This document shows positions 1 to 12,200 of a stretch of DNA of 64,000 nt, piece after piece. Positions within the stretch are counted from its first letter, which is position 1, and each line of letters opens with the position of its first letter. Source of the DNA: Eledone cirrhosa (lineage: Eukaryota); contig OZ024743.1 in assembly GCA_964016885.1 (NCBI GenBank), positions 277,698,001 through 277,762,000 on the forward strand, read 5' to 3'. Below the pieces are notes generated by a model, which saw only the letters and a program-made list of their open reading frames with translations, searched no databases and was not told the DNA's origin. Both the position numbers and the translations under genes were made by a program.

Positions 1-218
1 TGTTTCTACTTTAGGCACAAGACCAGCAATTTGAAGGGGAGGGGAAAGTCGATTAAATTCGACCCCAGTGTATTACTGGTACTTTATTTTATCGACTCCG
101 TAAGGATGAAAGGCAAAGCTAACCTCGGCGGGATTTGAACTCAGACCGTAAAGGGCTATAATTCTATGCTGCAAAGCATTGTGCCTGACGCTCTGCCGAT
201 ACTGCCAATCCATCGCCC
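1..218 (-). mobile_element. tRNA-derived SINE (3' end at or beyond the window edge)
   Basis: Minus strand reads TGGCAGTATCGG (A-box-like) and GAGTTCAAATCCC (B-box-like), then the body GCCTTTCATCCTT..GTCGATAAAATAAAGTACCAG and the tail CTTGTGCCTAAAGTAGAAACA. A homologous copy lies at 12937-13118. Confidence 0.85.
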
Positions 219-851
219 TATTAATAAATAAATCAAAATAAAGAGATCCCATTACAAGACGTGAAAGATTATATTGGAGAGAACAACAAATAAATTTATC
301 GTATTTACTTATACATTATACTTGAAGTGCCACATAGAACTAGGTCTTTGGATTCGTGCTACATGATTCTATTAAATATTTCTTGATGAAAAAAATAACA
401 AAAAAGAAAGAAAACAAGAAAAACTGATAAACATTCGATTTTATGAGTTGCAAGAAGTGTTACTATCTCCCGAGACTCCGTCTTAACCACCATGCCAAGC
501 CCTTCCGCCACCAGAACGCCATCCAACTGAAAATTCTTCCCTACACATCTGATTTTTATTTTTGAGTCAACTACTTGCAACTCTTAAAATCGGAGGAGAG
601 ATAAATATATCGGAAGTGCTTGGGTTGAGCTGGAAGTAGATTATCCAACTTTGAAGAGAATAGGAACCTCTAATAGCAGTGGAAATGGTTGAAAGACGAG
701 AAAGCACGTATGTGATCAAAAGATTGGTGTATGTCGGTGTATGTGTGGTAGCAACACCGATGCGAATCAGAGTTTCATCTCACTTTCGTAAATGGGTAGT
801 AGATTTCGGCGGTGGTATTCACGTATATTCCTGGTCCGAAGAGAAAACCAG

Positions 852-952
852 TCATTGTAATATCTTCTGACGAGTGTACACATTCAGCAAAGTAAAGTTA
901 GTATGACTTTACTTTGTTGAATGTGTACACTCGTCAGAAGATATTACAGTGA
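852..952. repeat. Near-perfect ~100-bp fold-back palindrome
   Basis: TCATTGTAATATCTTCTGACGAGTGTACACATTCAGCAAAGTAAAGTTA / TGACTTTACTTTGTTGAATGTGTACACTCGTCAGAAGATATTACAGTGA with a ~3-nt loop; the mismatches are G:T-type. Confidence 0.9.
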
Positions 953-1409
953 TAGTGTCACTCGGTATTTAGAACAAGCTTAAGGTGTGTTGTATGCTCT
1001 TCATATTCCCTTGATATGAGTAATAATTGAGCCCTTGTTTCATTGGAGGAGTCATGTTAGGCCCGACTCCGTTAAAGGATTGTTTTCGAGATCTCAGTTC
1101 ATAGAGATTCTGAAAAGGTCAAGGTTGCATGTCGATGATACTTCGGGTGGACGCAGAAGTTTAGAGAGGAATGACGGGCAATATCCTCTGTATATGAACA
1201 CCACCATCATCTGACCCCCCCCCCCCCCCCCACACACACACATCAACAATAACAACAAAAACACCACAATCACTCACAACAACAACAAACTGTGTTAGGC
1301 CTGTATAGACAGACGTATATACAGATATATATCTATGTTTCAGTTTGTAGCTAAGCTATGCTAAACGAGAGGTGCCCACAATAGTTCACTCTGGGATCAA
1401 ATCTAAAAG

Positions 1410-1411
<2 letters not shown>

Positions 1412-1505
<94 letters not shown>

Positions 1506-1600
1506 TCATACACAGGCGCAGTTTCTGTACATATATATATGCGTATCTATCTATTTATACATACATACATACCTATATATTATGTATATGTATGGGCATG

Positions 1601-1673
<73 letters not shown>

Positions 1674-1702
1674 GTGTGTGTGTGAGTGTGTGTGTGTGTG
1701 TG
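1412..1702. repeat. Compound (CA)n/(TA)n/(TG)n microsatellites
   Basis: Directly visible; explains the [12 protein letters not shown] ORFs. Confidence 0.95.
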
Positions 1703-2509
1703 TACAGGCACATTCATGAACTTTTGAACATGTATGTGTATAAGTCTATGTGTGTATGTACATGTAAAAGCATTTGTGTGTGAATGTATGTGCGTGTTAT
1801 GTATAATGTGTATTTGTGTGAGGGCACACATGAATGCGAACAAGGAATAACAAAGGAAGAGTGATTTGAGGAGAGATAAAATGAAAATAACAAAATAAAT
1901 ATAACAAAACATGGAAACAATAACAATAACAGCAGCAACAACAACGGCGACAACAACAAAACAAGAGGAAGTGTGTGGATCACATTTAAATAGATAATAT
2001 CTCAAATTACAACATTTATCTACCCCCCTGTTGACAACTTAATTGTTCAACGAACATTAAAATCTCCCTATCACCTCAGAAATAAAGCAGATCTTACAAA
2101 GGACATCTTGTTTCCCCACTGTAAAAGAAAATCTATTTTAATGGGCGCCTACTTACTCCCCCATCGAATTTGATTTGAAGAGGGTTAAAAACAAAAGCTA
2201 TAAATCACCCAAAATTGATTTCGGAGGGAATGTTAAATTTATGTAGCTTGTTGAAAATTATTCTCACCTTAATTTTCTTACTACTGTTGTTGTTGTTGTT
2301 GTTGTTGCTGTTGCTGCTGCCGTTGTTTTTGTTGTTAATGCTGATCTCTTTGTTATTTTTATCATTTTTGTTGTTACCGTTATTGTTGTTGCTATCGTTG
2401 TTGTTGTCATTGTTTTGTTGTTTTTCTTGTTATTATAGTTGTTCGTTTTGTTGTGTAGCTTTGCTGAGATGGCCATTGCTCTTATCATTGCCATATTAAT
2501 AACATTGTG

Positions 2510-2860
2510 CGGACGCAGCAAAGGCTGGGTGGATAAAAAGTTTCTTTCGCAAATCACGAGGCTCTGAGTTTGAATCCACCGCACGTCACGTTCGGCAAAT
2601 GCCTTTAAAATAGTTATATTTTAACAAGTTGGGCGACTGCTCTTATTGTTGCTATTGCTTTATTGCATGTCCTGTCATTGCTGCTGTTGTTGTAGCTCTG
2701 TTATTACGACTTTTCTGGATCATACGTCAGTAATGTATTAGTGGTTCTCAAACCACTAATTCACGCGATTAGTGATAGTGTGTTCGACTCACATGCTGCA
2801 ATACCGTTGTGCTTTTGAGTAAGAATCTATATTTCGCATTGGTCCAGTTCACTCAACTGT
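2510..2860 (+). mobile_element. Degenerate SINE remnants
   Basis: B-box-like GAGTTTGAATCC near 2566, and a decayed GTTGTGCTTTTGAGTAAGA...CCAGTTCACTCAACTG body near 2806-2860. Confidence 0.4.
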
Positions 2861-3360
2861 TACAACAACGTTGTACTTGTAATAAGAAGGGCGAGCCTTG
2901 TTACACACTGAGTAATGTTGAATTCCGTTGAGAATTACGTTAAGGACGTACATGTCTGTGGACAGTTCGGAATCTTTCAGATTAATTTTATGAGTGCTGA
3001 TCAGTTGATTAAAAAAAAAAAAAACGTGTCCTGGCAAATTGTTTAGAAATACTCAGCAAAGCAATCGAGTTTTTTTCTTTTACCCTAGGCAACGATGATC
3101 CATGATATGACTTAGCTTAGTATCTATACGTCCTTAGTATTTATACGTCCTTAGTATCTATACGTCCTACACATTTCAACATAGAAGGTATTCTTGCCAT
3201 TGAAATCACCAGCTCTTTCTAGTTCAATCGCTTTGCTTTCAAATTAATACCAATGATATATATATATATATATTTTTTTTCATTCGCACCGTTTCCTTTC
3301 GCTATATGTCTCTCCACCACTCCCCTACACACCTTTTGAACTCTGTTCCCACACACTTCT

Positions 3361-3392
3361 CACCTGAGGAAGGGCTTATGCCCGAAACGTCG
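3361..3392 (+). ncRNA. Minimal type I hammerhead ribozyme motif (Penelope-type)
   Basis: CTGAGGA-A-GGGC-TTAT-GCCC-GAAA-CGTC, with a palindromic ACGT helix III and only a 2-bp helix I. A related copy is at 58251-58284 on the - strand. Confidence 0.65.
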
Positions 3393-3483
3393 TCCCCCAC
3401 TTACCCCCCACTCTCCTGAGCGTGAAATTAAGAAACATTTATCGTACTGCCTCTCTGTTTTGTCCCTGTTCAAATTTTTCCAT

Positions 3484-3516
<33 letters not shown>

Positions 3517-3598
3517 TTGTGTGTGTGTGTGTATGTATGTGTACCCACACACACACATATATCACACACATACACACACACATATATATATATATATA

Positions 3599-3633
<35 letters not shown>

Positions 3634-5477
3634 ATACATACAAACATATATAACTTCTGTTATTTTCTTTCTGATAATTATTCTTCATATGTCGTTATTG
3701 TGTATTCTGTTGCCTTTCTTCACTCTTTCTTCTTACTACTGTTTGTCTGTTTGTAAATTATTCTCTGCCGGTTGGTGAGTTCATCACTATTTTGTTGTTG
3801 TTATTGCTGTTGTTGTTGTTGTTATTGTTCTTGTCTCCGTTATAGTTTCAATGACGTGCGAGTTCCAGCCTAACAGTCTATAATCGTTCACCCTGGCCTT
3901 ATTCATGACTTCACTACTGTCATCAATGAATCCTATCCACTGGCTCCCAAGAGTCTTTTGGGGGTAATCTGGCAGGTCACTGTTGATTAAAAACAATTCT
4001 TTTATTCAGCGTGGGAGAGAGGGAAACAGAGAGAGAATATTACTTTCGATATTTCAAGCCGATTGAATTGACATTAACATTTAACATTTCAACACAACCT
4101 TTTTCTAGTTTTGCCCCAATGATCTTTCATCTATCAACACTACCTTCATTCTGTGAACTGTTGAATTTTACCAGCAGTCGTATCTCTATAGAACCAATCA
4201 ACTTCATAAACATATAACACACGCACACACAGCAGACATAAACATAACAGATGCACACACACATACACACACAACACACACACTCACGCACACACACATA
4301 CACCTCTCTCTCTCTCACTCTCTTTTTTTGTTCTGTCTTTTTTCTTTTCTCTCATTTCGTCTCCACTATCCTACCTTATTTTAAATCTGAATCGATACAC
4401 AAGTTATGAAACATATGATCGAATTTACTATGGGTTATTTTCACAGCCGAATGTGCATTATAATGATTTCCCTTCTTCGGGTATCTACTCTATGATATCT
4501 CTAATGTCCAATAATTCAGTCGTTATGTAGGAAATCCATTCTGGGTTAACTCTAAAATCCTTATTTACTTAGTCCAAATGACTAGAAATCTAAAGGAGAA
4601 AAACATGAAAAGGTGAGGTAATCATACATTTATCAAGGATTGCATCGGCATGCTCGAAGTCAATTAGTTTAATACTTTTGATAATAAATCTCTTGAAACT
4701 GCTCGTGGTTCTACGATGCAAAGTTGTTTGCTAAAAAAGGTTTCCTTCGGTCTAAAACCCTTCCATCATAATTTTAGGTAAGAACATTTGTTAAGCTATA
4801 TTTCAAACAGTAGCTTAATAATTAGAAAGTGAGGTGCATTATTAAATCCCTCCAAATTCTTTATTATTTTAATAATTAATTATAAATCATAGGCAGTGCT
4901 TTTCATTACTATTTTCTAATGAAGGAACTAAAATGTGAAATATAGTAACGAAGGAGTTAACGTGAATTGAGATTGCATTATACATTGGCACCTACATTAA
5001 CTTACTTCCTGGAAAATGTCGCTGGAGGGAGAATTAATAACTTATTTAATGATAAAATACAGAGCGTGAAGCTGGAAGTCATTTTGGTTAGTGTGTTACC
5101 CACCATTATTATTTGTTATTTGCAATGAATTCATATCAGCAGACATATTGGTAAGATATTCCTTACCAACGGCAGACGGAGTTGGTCAACCGAATATTTT
5201 CATACTTGATCGTCCATAGTATTTTTAGCTAGTATGTCGACTATATCTATAATGTCAATTTGTCTTGCCGCGTCAATTTTCCCTCTGACTTCAATCCGTA
5301 TGCTTTCTTTTATTCTTTTTATCTCTAATCAGTCGTCCTCAACCATTTTACTCGCAATCTTTCGCTCTTTCCATTCCCTCCACACACATGTATATGACAC
5401 CTTATATATATCTATTCACAAAGTAAATCGAGATGAGGGTTGCACATTTTTTCGGGGGTATGTGTTACCCATATGAA

Positions 5478-5615
5478 CTGTCTCCCCCTATTGGAGAAAA
5501 TCGACTAATTTTTTAAATTGCATTTCTGATAACATTTTACATGTTTTTATTGTATGTAAACTTGCCTCTTTGTATTTGTCTCCTTCTGTTGTGCCCCTGT
5601 GGCTAATAAAGAAAC
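5478..5615 (+). mobile_element. Tx1-like 3'UTR-only fragment (family D) with (ATCT)n tail
   Basis: Contains CCCCCTATTGG and GCCCCTGTGGCTAATAAAGAAA, motifs shared with the 3' ends of the full elements; followed by ATCTATCTATCT. Confidence 0.75.
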
Positions 5616-5636
5616 ATATCTATCTATCTATATATC

Positions 5637-6076
5637 GAGGTTAAAAGGACTGAGGGCAAACACCTTTCTCTCCGGACAACAACTTATTCCCTTCTTTAAG
5701 TATCACTTCAGAAGGAATGTGAGAGTGGAGAGAGAGGTGCTACACCCCAGTAAATTCGCTGAAAGGTGGGTGAATGTGGCAAAAATGGCCCGAGTGAATG
5801 AGTCTTCTCTGTATATAAACCTGTAGGTTGAGGAAGATAAACAGAGAGAAGACAGGAAAACCTATAAAACGTGTTCCTGGTGTTGAGGGTTGTTCTATCT
5901 ACGGGGTGTAAAACAACCCTGCAGTAACGTTCCCCCCTACTGGGGATTTCAATTGTTATTTTATTATATATAGTTTATTGTTATTTAAAAATGTTAAAGT
6001 TAATTTTATATAAAACCCCCGCCATCACGTCTTGTAATGTCCCATTTTTTGTACGCCCCTGTGGCAAATACAGAAA
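5637..6076 (+). mobile_element. 5'-truncated Tx1-like element (family D): ORF2 C-terminus plus 3'UTR
   Basis: RLKGLRANTFLSGQQLIPFFKYHFRRNVRVEREVL...ERWVNVAKMARV aligns by eye with the ORF2 C-terminus at 12470-12657. The 3'UTR has CCCCCTACTGGGG and GCCCCTGTGGCAAATA; the tail is ATCT/AT. Confidence 0.85.
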
Positions 6077-6555
6077 GATATCTATATATATATATATCTA
6101 TCCTGTATTGTCTTACGATTCACATGTTCTTCAGTTCGACAGTAAACAATGTTTTTCTTACTCAGCAACTTCCCGAAAATGTATTCCCGATCCTCACTCT
6201 CTCATAATTTCACATTATTATCAGTATTATCTTGGTTTCAAACATATTGACAGCATTTCCTGTGTAAAAAGAAAAAAAGGCATCATTCAGCAATCACGAA
6301 ACCTATAGTATCAGGCCTCCGGAGTATACATTTATGTCAGAAATAGATATATTTATATATGTTTCTTCAAACCCCATTTCATTCCTTTACAGATTTCCAT
6401 TTATTTCATTATAATATTTTGTGGGAAATAAATAGACTGCGATATACATGTATAAGTATATAAGTATATATGCTTATGTATCTGAATATATATATATATT
6501 CAGATACATAAGCATATATGCTTACATACTTATACATATATATATCAGTCTATTT

Positions 6556-6606
<51 letters not shown>

Positions 6607-6900
6607 CATGTACGTATGTATGTATCTATATAACACTGAGTGTGTGTGTATGTGTGTATTAAGCGCGGCATAAGTGAGTTTCATTTGTTTAGGGAATATT
6701 GTTTTGGCCGGGGGTGGTTTATCTACTTGTATTACACATGCTTTAAGTAATCAATAATTTCTGAATATTAAAAACCATTTCTGTTATTATTGTTATTTAT
6801 TATTATTATCATTACCATTTTTGTTATACTTGTTGTTGTTGTTGTTGTTGTTGTTGTTCTTCTTCTTCTTCTTCTTCTTCTTCTTCTTCTTCTTCTTCTT

Positions 6901-7062
6901 GTCCCTCGGAAGTCTCCCCCCTATTGGGGAATTTTTCTTTGTTATTTTATTTCATCCGCTGTTTTTTTTACACGCAGAAATGCCCATTTGTACCGTCCTG
7001 TATTGTCCTGTACTGTCCTTAATGTCTACTTTATGTAAACCCTTGTGGTTAATAAAGAAAAC
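6901..7062 (+). mobile_element. Tx1-like family B 3'UTR fragment
   Basis: Near-identical to 21780-21958 and 32060-32240; ends AATAAAGAAAAC(ATT)n and is preceded by (GTT)n(CTT)n. Confidence 0.9.
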
Positions 7063-7297
7063 ATTATTATTATTATTATTATTATTGACGAAAGTGGATG
7101 TACGTTTTTTGAAGCTCCGTGAGTAAGCAATTTTTTGAGGATTAATTGTAGAGAATTGTTTATTTTTTGTACCGCTGAAGCATTATAAGACATTAATTTG
7201 TATCCTGTGAAGGAATAACTCATAATATTTGGGCCTTTTGGCCCAAATATTTGAACTTTATTTTGAAAAAAAATAATAATTTTTTTCTCAAAAAAAC

Positions 7298-9208
7298 ATG
7301 GCGGAGCCACGCCCCCTAGAGGCGGGTCTGCTGTCGTGCAACGGCGACTTGAGCGTTGAGAGGAGAGGTGAGGCGAGGAGCGCCACCAGCACGAATGTGA
7401 GCAGCGACAGTGCCAGCACCAACGGGCCGAGCGGCGCGGAAGGTGGTAACAGCGACAACACCAACACCAACAAGCCGAACAGCGCAGAAGGTGGTAATAG
7501 CGAGAGCACCAACAAAACGAACAGCACAGAGAGTAATAGTAGCGACAGCAGCAGCACCAACAAGGCCAACAGCACAGAAGGTAACCACGACACAGGGGAG
7601 AACAACAACAGCAATAGCAGCAGCAACACCAACAAGAACAACAACAGTGACAACACCAACAAGAACACTTTCGCTGCTGTGGCAGCGGCTAAAAGGAGAC
7701 CATGCTACAGCATCGACTTAACCAACAGAGAGGAAAAGTTGGCCCAGGCCTGGAAAATCATAAATCAAGAGCAGACCTGGGCAAACTTAACTGTCCCGGC
7801 AGAAGCCATTGAGGCAGTGGAAAAAAGAACGGTGCATTTCAGATGCATCTCAGTAGAGACAAAGAGGGCAGCGATAATCGCCCAAGCTGACATAGAAGCC
7901 GCACTGAAATACATCAGAGAGGACACAGACTTCATAGAGAGGGGCAGGCAATACGGCACCGTTTCGGTGCTGTTCAAGTCTGAAGCCCTCGCTGTGAAGC
8001 ATTCAATGACCCCTTGCAAAACCAGCAAGGTCATAATGTACCCCTCCCACATGGGAAAACGAATAGCACGTGTGCGCATTCCCAGGATTCCACCAGGACT
8101 TGATATGTGGTGGCTCCTGGGTTGCGTAATCGTGGAAGGAACGGATACAGTCCCGGTAGAGGCAACGAGAACTGCCAGGGACGACTGGTCCGGGGTTGAT
8201 CTGGAGATACTGCTCCAAATCAGACCCGAAAACGTAAAAACAATCCCGGACCACATCCGCCTCCAAAACGGGAGGGTGTTGCATATAATGACTGAGGGCA
8301 AAAGGCCGCATTGTTTCCTTTGTGGGGAAACGACACACTTGCGAGCCTTCTGCCCTCAACTGCCGAAAAGCGCAAGGGGTCGAAAGATTCCACTGCTGGC
8401 GACGCCGGGACAAGGACCACCAGCAACACCGTCAACAATGGAACCACCAAAATTGCACACCCAGGGGGGAAACGAGGAAAGCTCTCCCATTCCCCCTCCC
8501 CCCCAAAATACACACACGAACAAGAACATAAACACTCACTCAGACACAAACACGCTCACAGCCACAGACCCCTCATCCTCCAGCAGTGAAGATGAGGGAA
8601 AACCAAAGTCCCCCAAAATACAAAAAACAAAACACAAAAAAAAAAGAAATCCACAAAGCACAAACACCCCCACAAAAAAAAATACACACACCACCCACAC
8701 AAACATTTTCCCCACAGCATCACCAACACAACCACCAAAATCCCCCAAACGCAAACAAGCTAAACAGACACAAGAACAAATAGACACACAAACATCAGAA
8801 ACTACAGACACCCCACCCACAACAAACGCAGACACAATAGAAACAACACTAACAAAGCTATCACCACCACAATCACACGAACAAATAAAACCCGAGCAAC
8901 AAAACATTAAAAACTTCGTGCTTGCCAGAAGGGCCAACAAGGAATTGATGGCCCATGTAGCACGAAGCACAAACATCGAAAAAGACGGGGAAACATTTGA
9001 AGCGAGCACATTTCGCGTACCAGATAATTTGCTTCTGATGCGAATGTCGCTCGCTTCATACAAAGAAATTCGAAAGAGCTTTCCTCGGGATGTGGGAACC
9101 CCGAACGTAAAACCCACGTCAAGACTATTAAAGGGGTTCCCAAAAGAAACCCCACAAACCATGGAGGTCGAACCACCCGACCTTCACAAGACCCCGGAAG
9201 GTAAGTAA
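7298..9208 (+). CDS. Tx1-A ORF1, gag-like nucleic-acid-binding protein (636 aa)
   Basis: CCHC knuckle CFLCGETTHLRAFC; N/S-rich repetitive N-terminus; P/T/K-rich linker; lies upstream of the APE-RT ORF. Confidence 0.9.
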   Translation: MAEPRPLEAGLLSCNGDLSVERRGEARSATSTNVSSDSASTNGPSGAEGGNSDNTNTNKPNSAEGGNSESTNKTNSTESNSSDSSSTNKANSTEGNHDTGENNNSNSSSNTNKNNNSDNTNKNTFAAVAAAKRRPCYSIDLTNREEKLAQAWKIINQEQTWANLTVPAEAIEAVEKRTVHFRCISVETKRAAIIAQADIEAALKYIREDTDFIERGRQYGTVSVLFKSEALAVKHSMTPCKTSKVIMYPSHMGKRIARVRIPRIPPGLDMWWLLGCVIVEGTDTVPVEATRTARDDWSGVDLEILLQIRPENVKTIPDHIRLQNGRVLHIMTEGKRPHCFLCGETTHLRAFCPQLPKSARGRKIPLLATPGQGPPATPSTMEPPKLHTQGGNEESSPIPPPPQNTHTNKNINTHSDTNTLTATDPSSSSSEDEGKPKSPKIQKTKHKKKRNPQSTNTPTKKNTHTTHTNIFPTASPTQPPKSPKRKQAKQTQEQIDTQTSETTDTPPTTNADTIETTLTKLSPPQSHEQIKPEQQNIKNFVLARRANKELMAHVARSTNIEKDGETFEASTFRVPDNLLLMRMSLASYKEIRKSFPRDVGTPNVKPTSRLLKGFPKETPQTMEVEPPDLHKTPEGK

Positions 9209-9237
9209 ACCTTTCCTCTCCCATTCATCCTGCCAGC

Positions 9238-12200
9238 ATGGCCATAAGAGTAGGAAGTTTAAATGTTCGTGGCCTGGGGTCGCCCTGGAAGCAAGGTCAC
9301 TTGCTCAACGACCTCAGGTCACTAGGAATGGATGTAATTGCCATCAGCGAGACCAGAATTTCCGACACACGCGCACTGGCGCCGATTTTCGACGATTATC
9401 AGATCTTTGCATCTGTTAGTCGGCCGGGAATGGGAGGTGGAGTGGCTGTGCTGTTTAGGAAATGTCTGGATCTCGAGGTAAGGTCAATCTTCCGGGATCC
9501 TGACGGAAAGTTGGTGGTCCTGGACGTGAGCAATAGCGAAGGTGGTGCCTTTAGACTGGTGGCCGTCTACGCCCCTACTGGGGCCGGTCGGCCGGACTTC
9601 TTTAGGCGCCTGGAAAACTTTCTGCTTACGTCTCGCCCTTTACTGTTAATAGGGGATTGGAATGGCATCTTAGAAGCACGCTGGGATTGTGTGGGAGTAT
9701 CTGATAGGAGCGGGGGGTGCAAAAGCCTCAAGTACCTGATCAGCCAGTTTCAACTGTCTGACAGGTACCGACTAGATTTCCCTAATGCGCCAGTATGGAC
9801 CTGGACCAATCGCATAGGGTCATCTAGATCGTACATAGATAGGATTTTCATTAGGAAAAGAGATAGAAATAGTGTAGGATGTCCACATTTTAAAACGGTT
9901 GCCTATTCAGATCACAAGCTTGTGATCTGTATGGTCGACCTAGATAAGACACGTAGGTTAGGACCTAGCTACTGGAAGCTAAACATGTCGTTTCCGGCAC
10001 GTAAAGCTTACAGGGACCGGGTCAACAACTTAGTTAAGCAAAAGTTGACAGGGGGGGTTGTCAACAACAGGTGGTGGGGGGCACTCAAAAGAGAGATTAG
10101 AGCAACCTCGATAGGATTTAGCAAAGAAGTAGCAATAGAGAAAAATAGAAAGGAGGAGGGGCTGATAGCTAAGTTAGACGAGGCTATTTGTAGTGGCATT
10201 GCAACAGACGTGCTAGCGGCGAGAATGGCACTAGACCATTTCTTCAATGCGAAACACGAAGGTTGCATTGTCAGAGCTAAGGCGCGTGCTCTGAGGAACG
10301 AGGGAACCAAAGCTGCCCGATGGGCTCGCTTTGCAGAGACGCAGCGTGGAAATAAAACCACAATTCGGTCTTTGACGGATCGAGATGGACACGAACTGAG
10401 CGATTCCAAGCAGATGTGTGAGGCCTTTCGCCAGCACTTTGCTCGATTGTTCGGGAGGATGGGTGAGTCGGAGACGGCGGCGGACTTCAGTCCCTACCTC
10501 GACGGCTTGCCACGCCTCTCGACGGCCGACGCTGAGCGCTGCGAAGAGCCGATAACATCAGCCGAAATTCAGGACGCCCTTGTCGGCTGCTCGAGTCGCA
10601 AGTCACCCGGTTTGGATGGTCTGCCCTACGAGCTTTACGTAAATATGCCAGACTTGTTCTCCGATCTCCTCGAAGCGCTCTACTGCAACTGGCAGCAGAA
10701 CGGGAGCATTCCCAGTTCTGTGAGCCGTGGCGTAGTGACGCTGATAAGGAAAGACGAGAACAAGAGGGACACACTAGATAATTTCAGGCCCATAACCCTG
10801 CTCAACACAGAGTTTAAGATTTTGGCCAAGGTGTTAGCGAAAAGGTTGGCGCTTGTCGTCAAAGATTTGGTTGGGGAGGCGCAAACTTGCGCAATCCCGA
10901 CCAGGTCCATACACGACAACCTCCACCTCATGCGATACATCATAGAGAGGGTTGGGTGCAAACCTGGCTTCGGTGGGGCTCTGATCAATTTAGATCAATC
11001 GAAAGCATTCGATAGGGTCGACCATTGGTACTTGGAGGCTGTCCTCGAGGCGGCTGGCTTCGGCCCCGTCTTCAGAAGCTGGATCGCTGCAATGTACAGC
11101 GGCATCCGCTCGGTGGTCAAAGTTAATGGCCACCTCTCGGAACCGTTTCAGATCTCTCGATCGGTCCGTCAAGGGTGCCCTCTCTCCTCACTTCTGTACG
11201 TATTGACTCTTGAGCCTCTACTGCGGAAGCTGGAGTTGTTGCAGGGCATCCCGCTCGAACCGGGACGTAGAAAGGCTGCGTCCGCTTATGCGGACGACAT
11301 CACCGTGATGGTGTCGGACACCTCGGAAATCGAGGTGATCCGCACCCATTTGGAGGAATATGAAAGGTTGACGGGAGCAAAACTTAACCCGGAAAAGTCG
11401 GTGGGCTTGCAGCTCGGCACCTGGAGAGGCAAGTCCATGCCGTCCAACAGCGTCGTTGGGCGCTGGACAGACGGACCGGTAAAGTTGCTCGGGGTTTGGT
11501 TCGGACCAGACCTCCAGGTGGATAAGAATTGGGACGAGGTGACGAGCAGGATAGCCAACCTCACCCAGAAATGGGCTGAGAGAAAGCTATCACTGAAAGG
11601 GCGGGCGGAGGTGGCGAACGCGTACATCGCGTCCGTCATCTACTACCGCCTGACCGTCGTGCCTTGCCCCCGTCCACGCCTCGCCAATTTGGAACGGCTC
11701 CTTTTCAAATTTTTGTGGAGGGGACGGGTCCCGTTGGTGAGGCGGTCCATCTGCTGCCAGCACCCTCTTCGTGGAGGGCTGGGCATGCCGTGGCTAATGA
11801 TGCGCAGACATGCGCTGAGGCTGCGACATCTCCAGATATTTTGCCTAAACGGTGAACAGGTGTGGTCGCCGTTTGTTAGACGGGCCTTTCCGCAGCTCAT
11901 CTCTTTGACTGAGCTGCAGTCCTGGGTCAAGAAGAGACCGAGACTGGGCGACTGGCATCTGGAATGTTGCCAGGCGCTCACTGCACTCTGCAAGGTGGGC
12001 AATGCGGTCAGTGGAACTTCCACTCAAGATTTCTATAGAGGATTAGTGGAGGGCAAGTGCGATGACGTACTAGGAGAGGCTCTGGGCGTCAACGAAGTAG
12101 AACTGACCAGTATGTTCCGGAGGACTTTCGAGCCGGGGACGATGGATAACTTCCAGAAATCCCTCGCTTGGCAGTGTTACCGGGGGGCGCTGCCGGTTCG

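Noticed and set aside
359-580. NFQLDG...GLGM peptide resembling a PLE RT motif
   Set aside because: Too short and degenerate, with no neighbouring RT motifs recognised.
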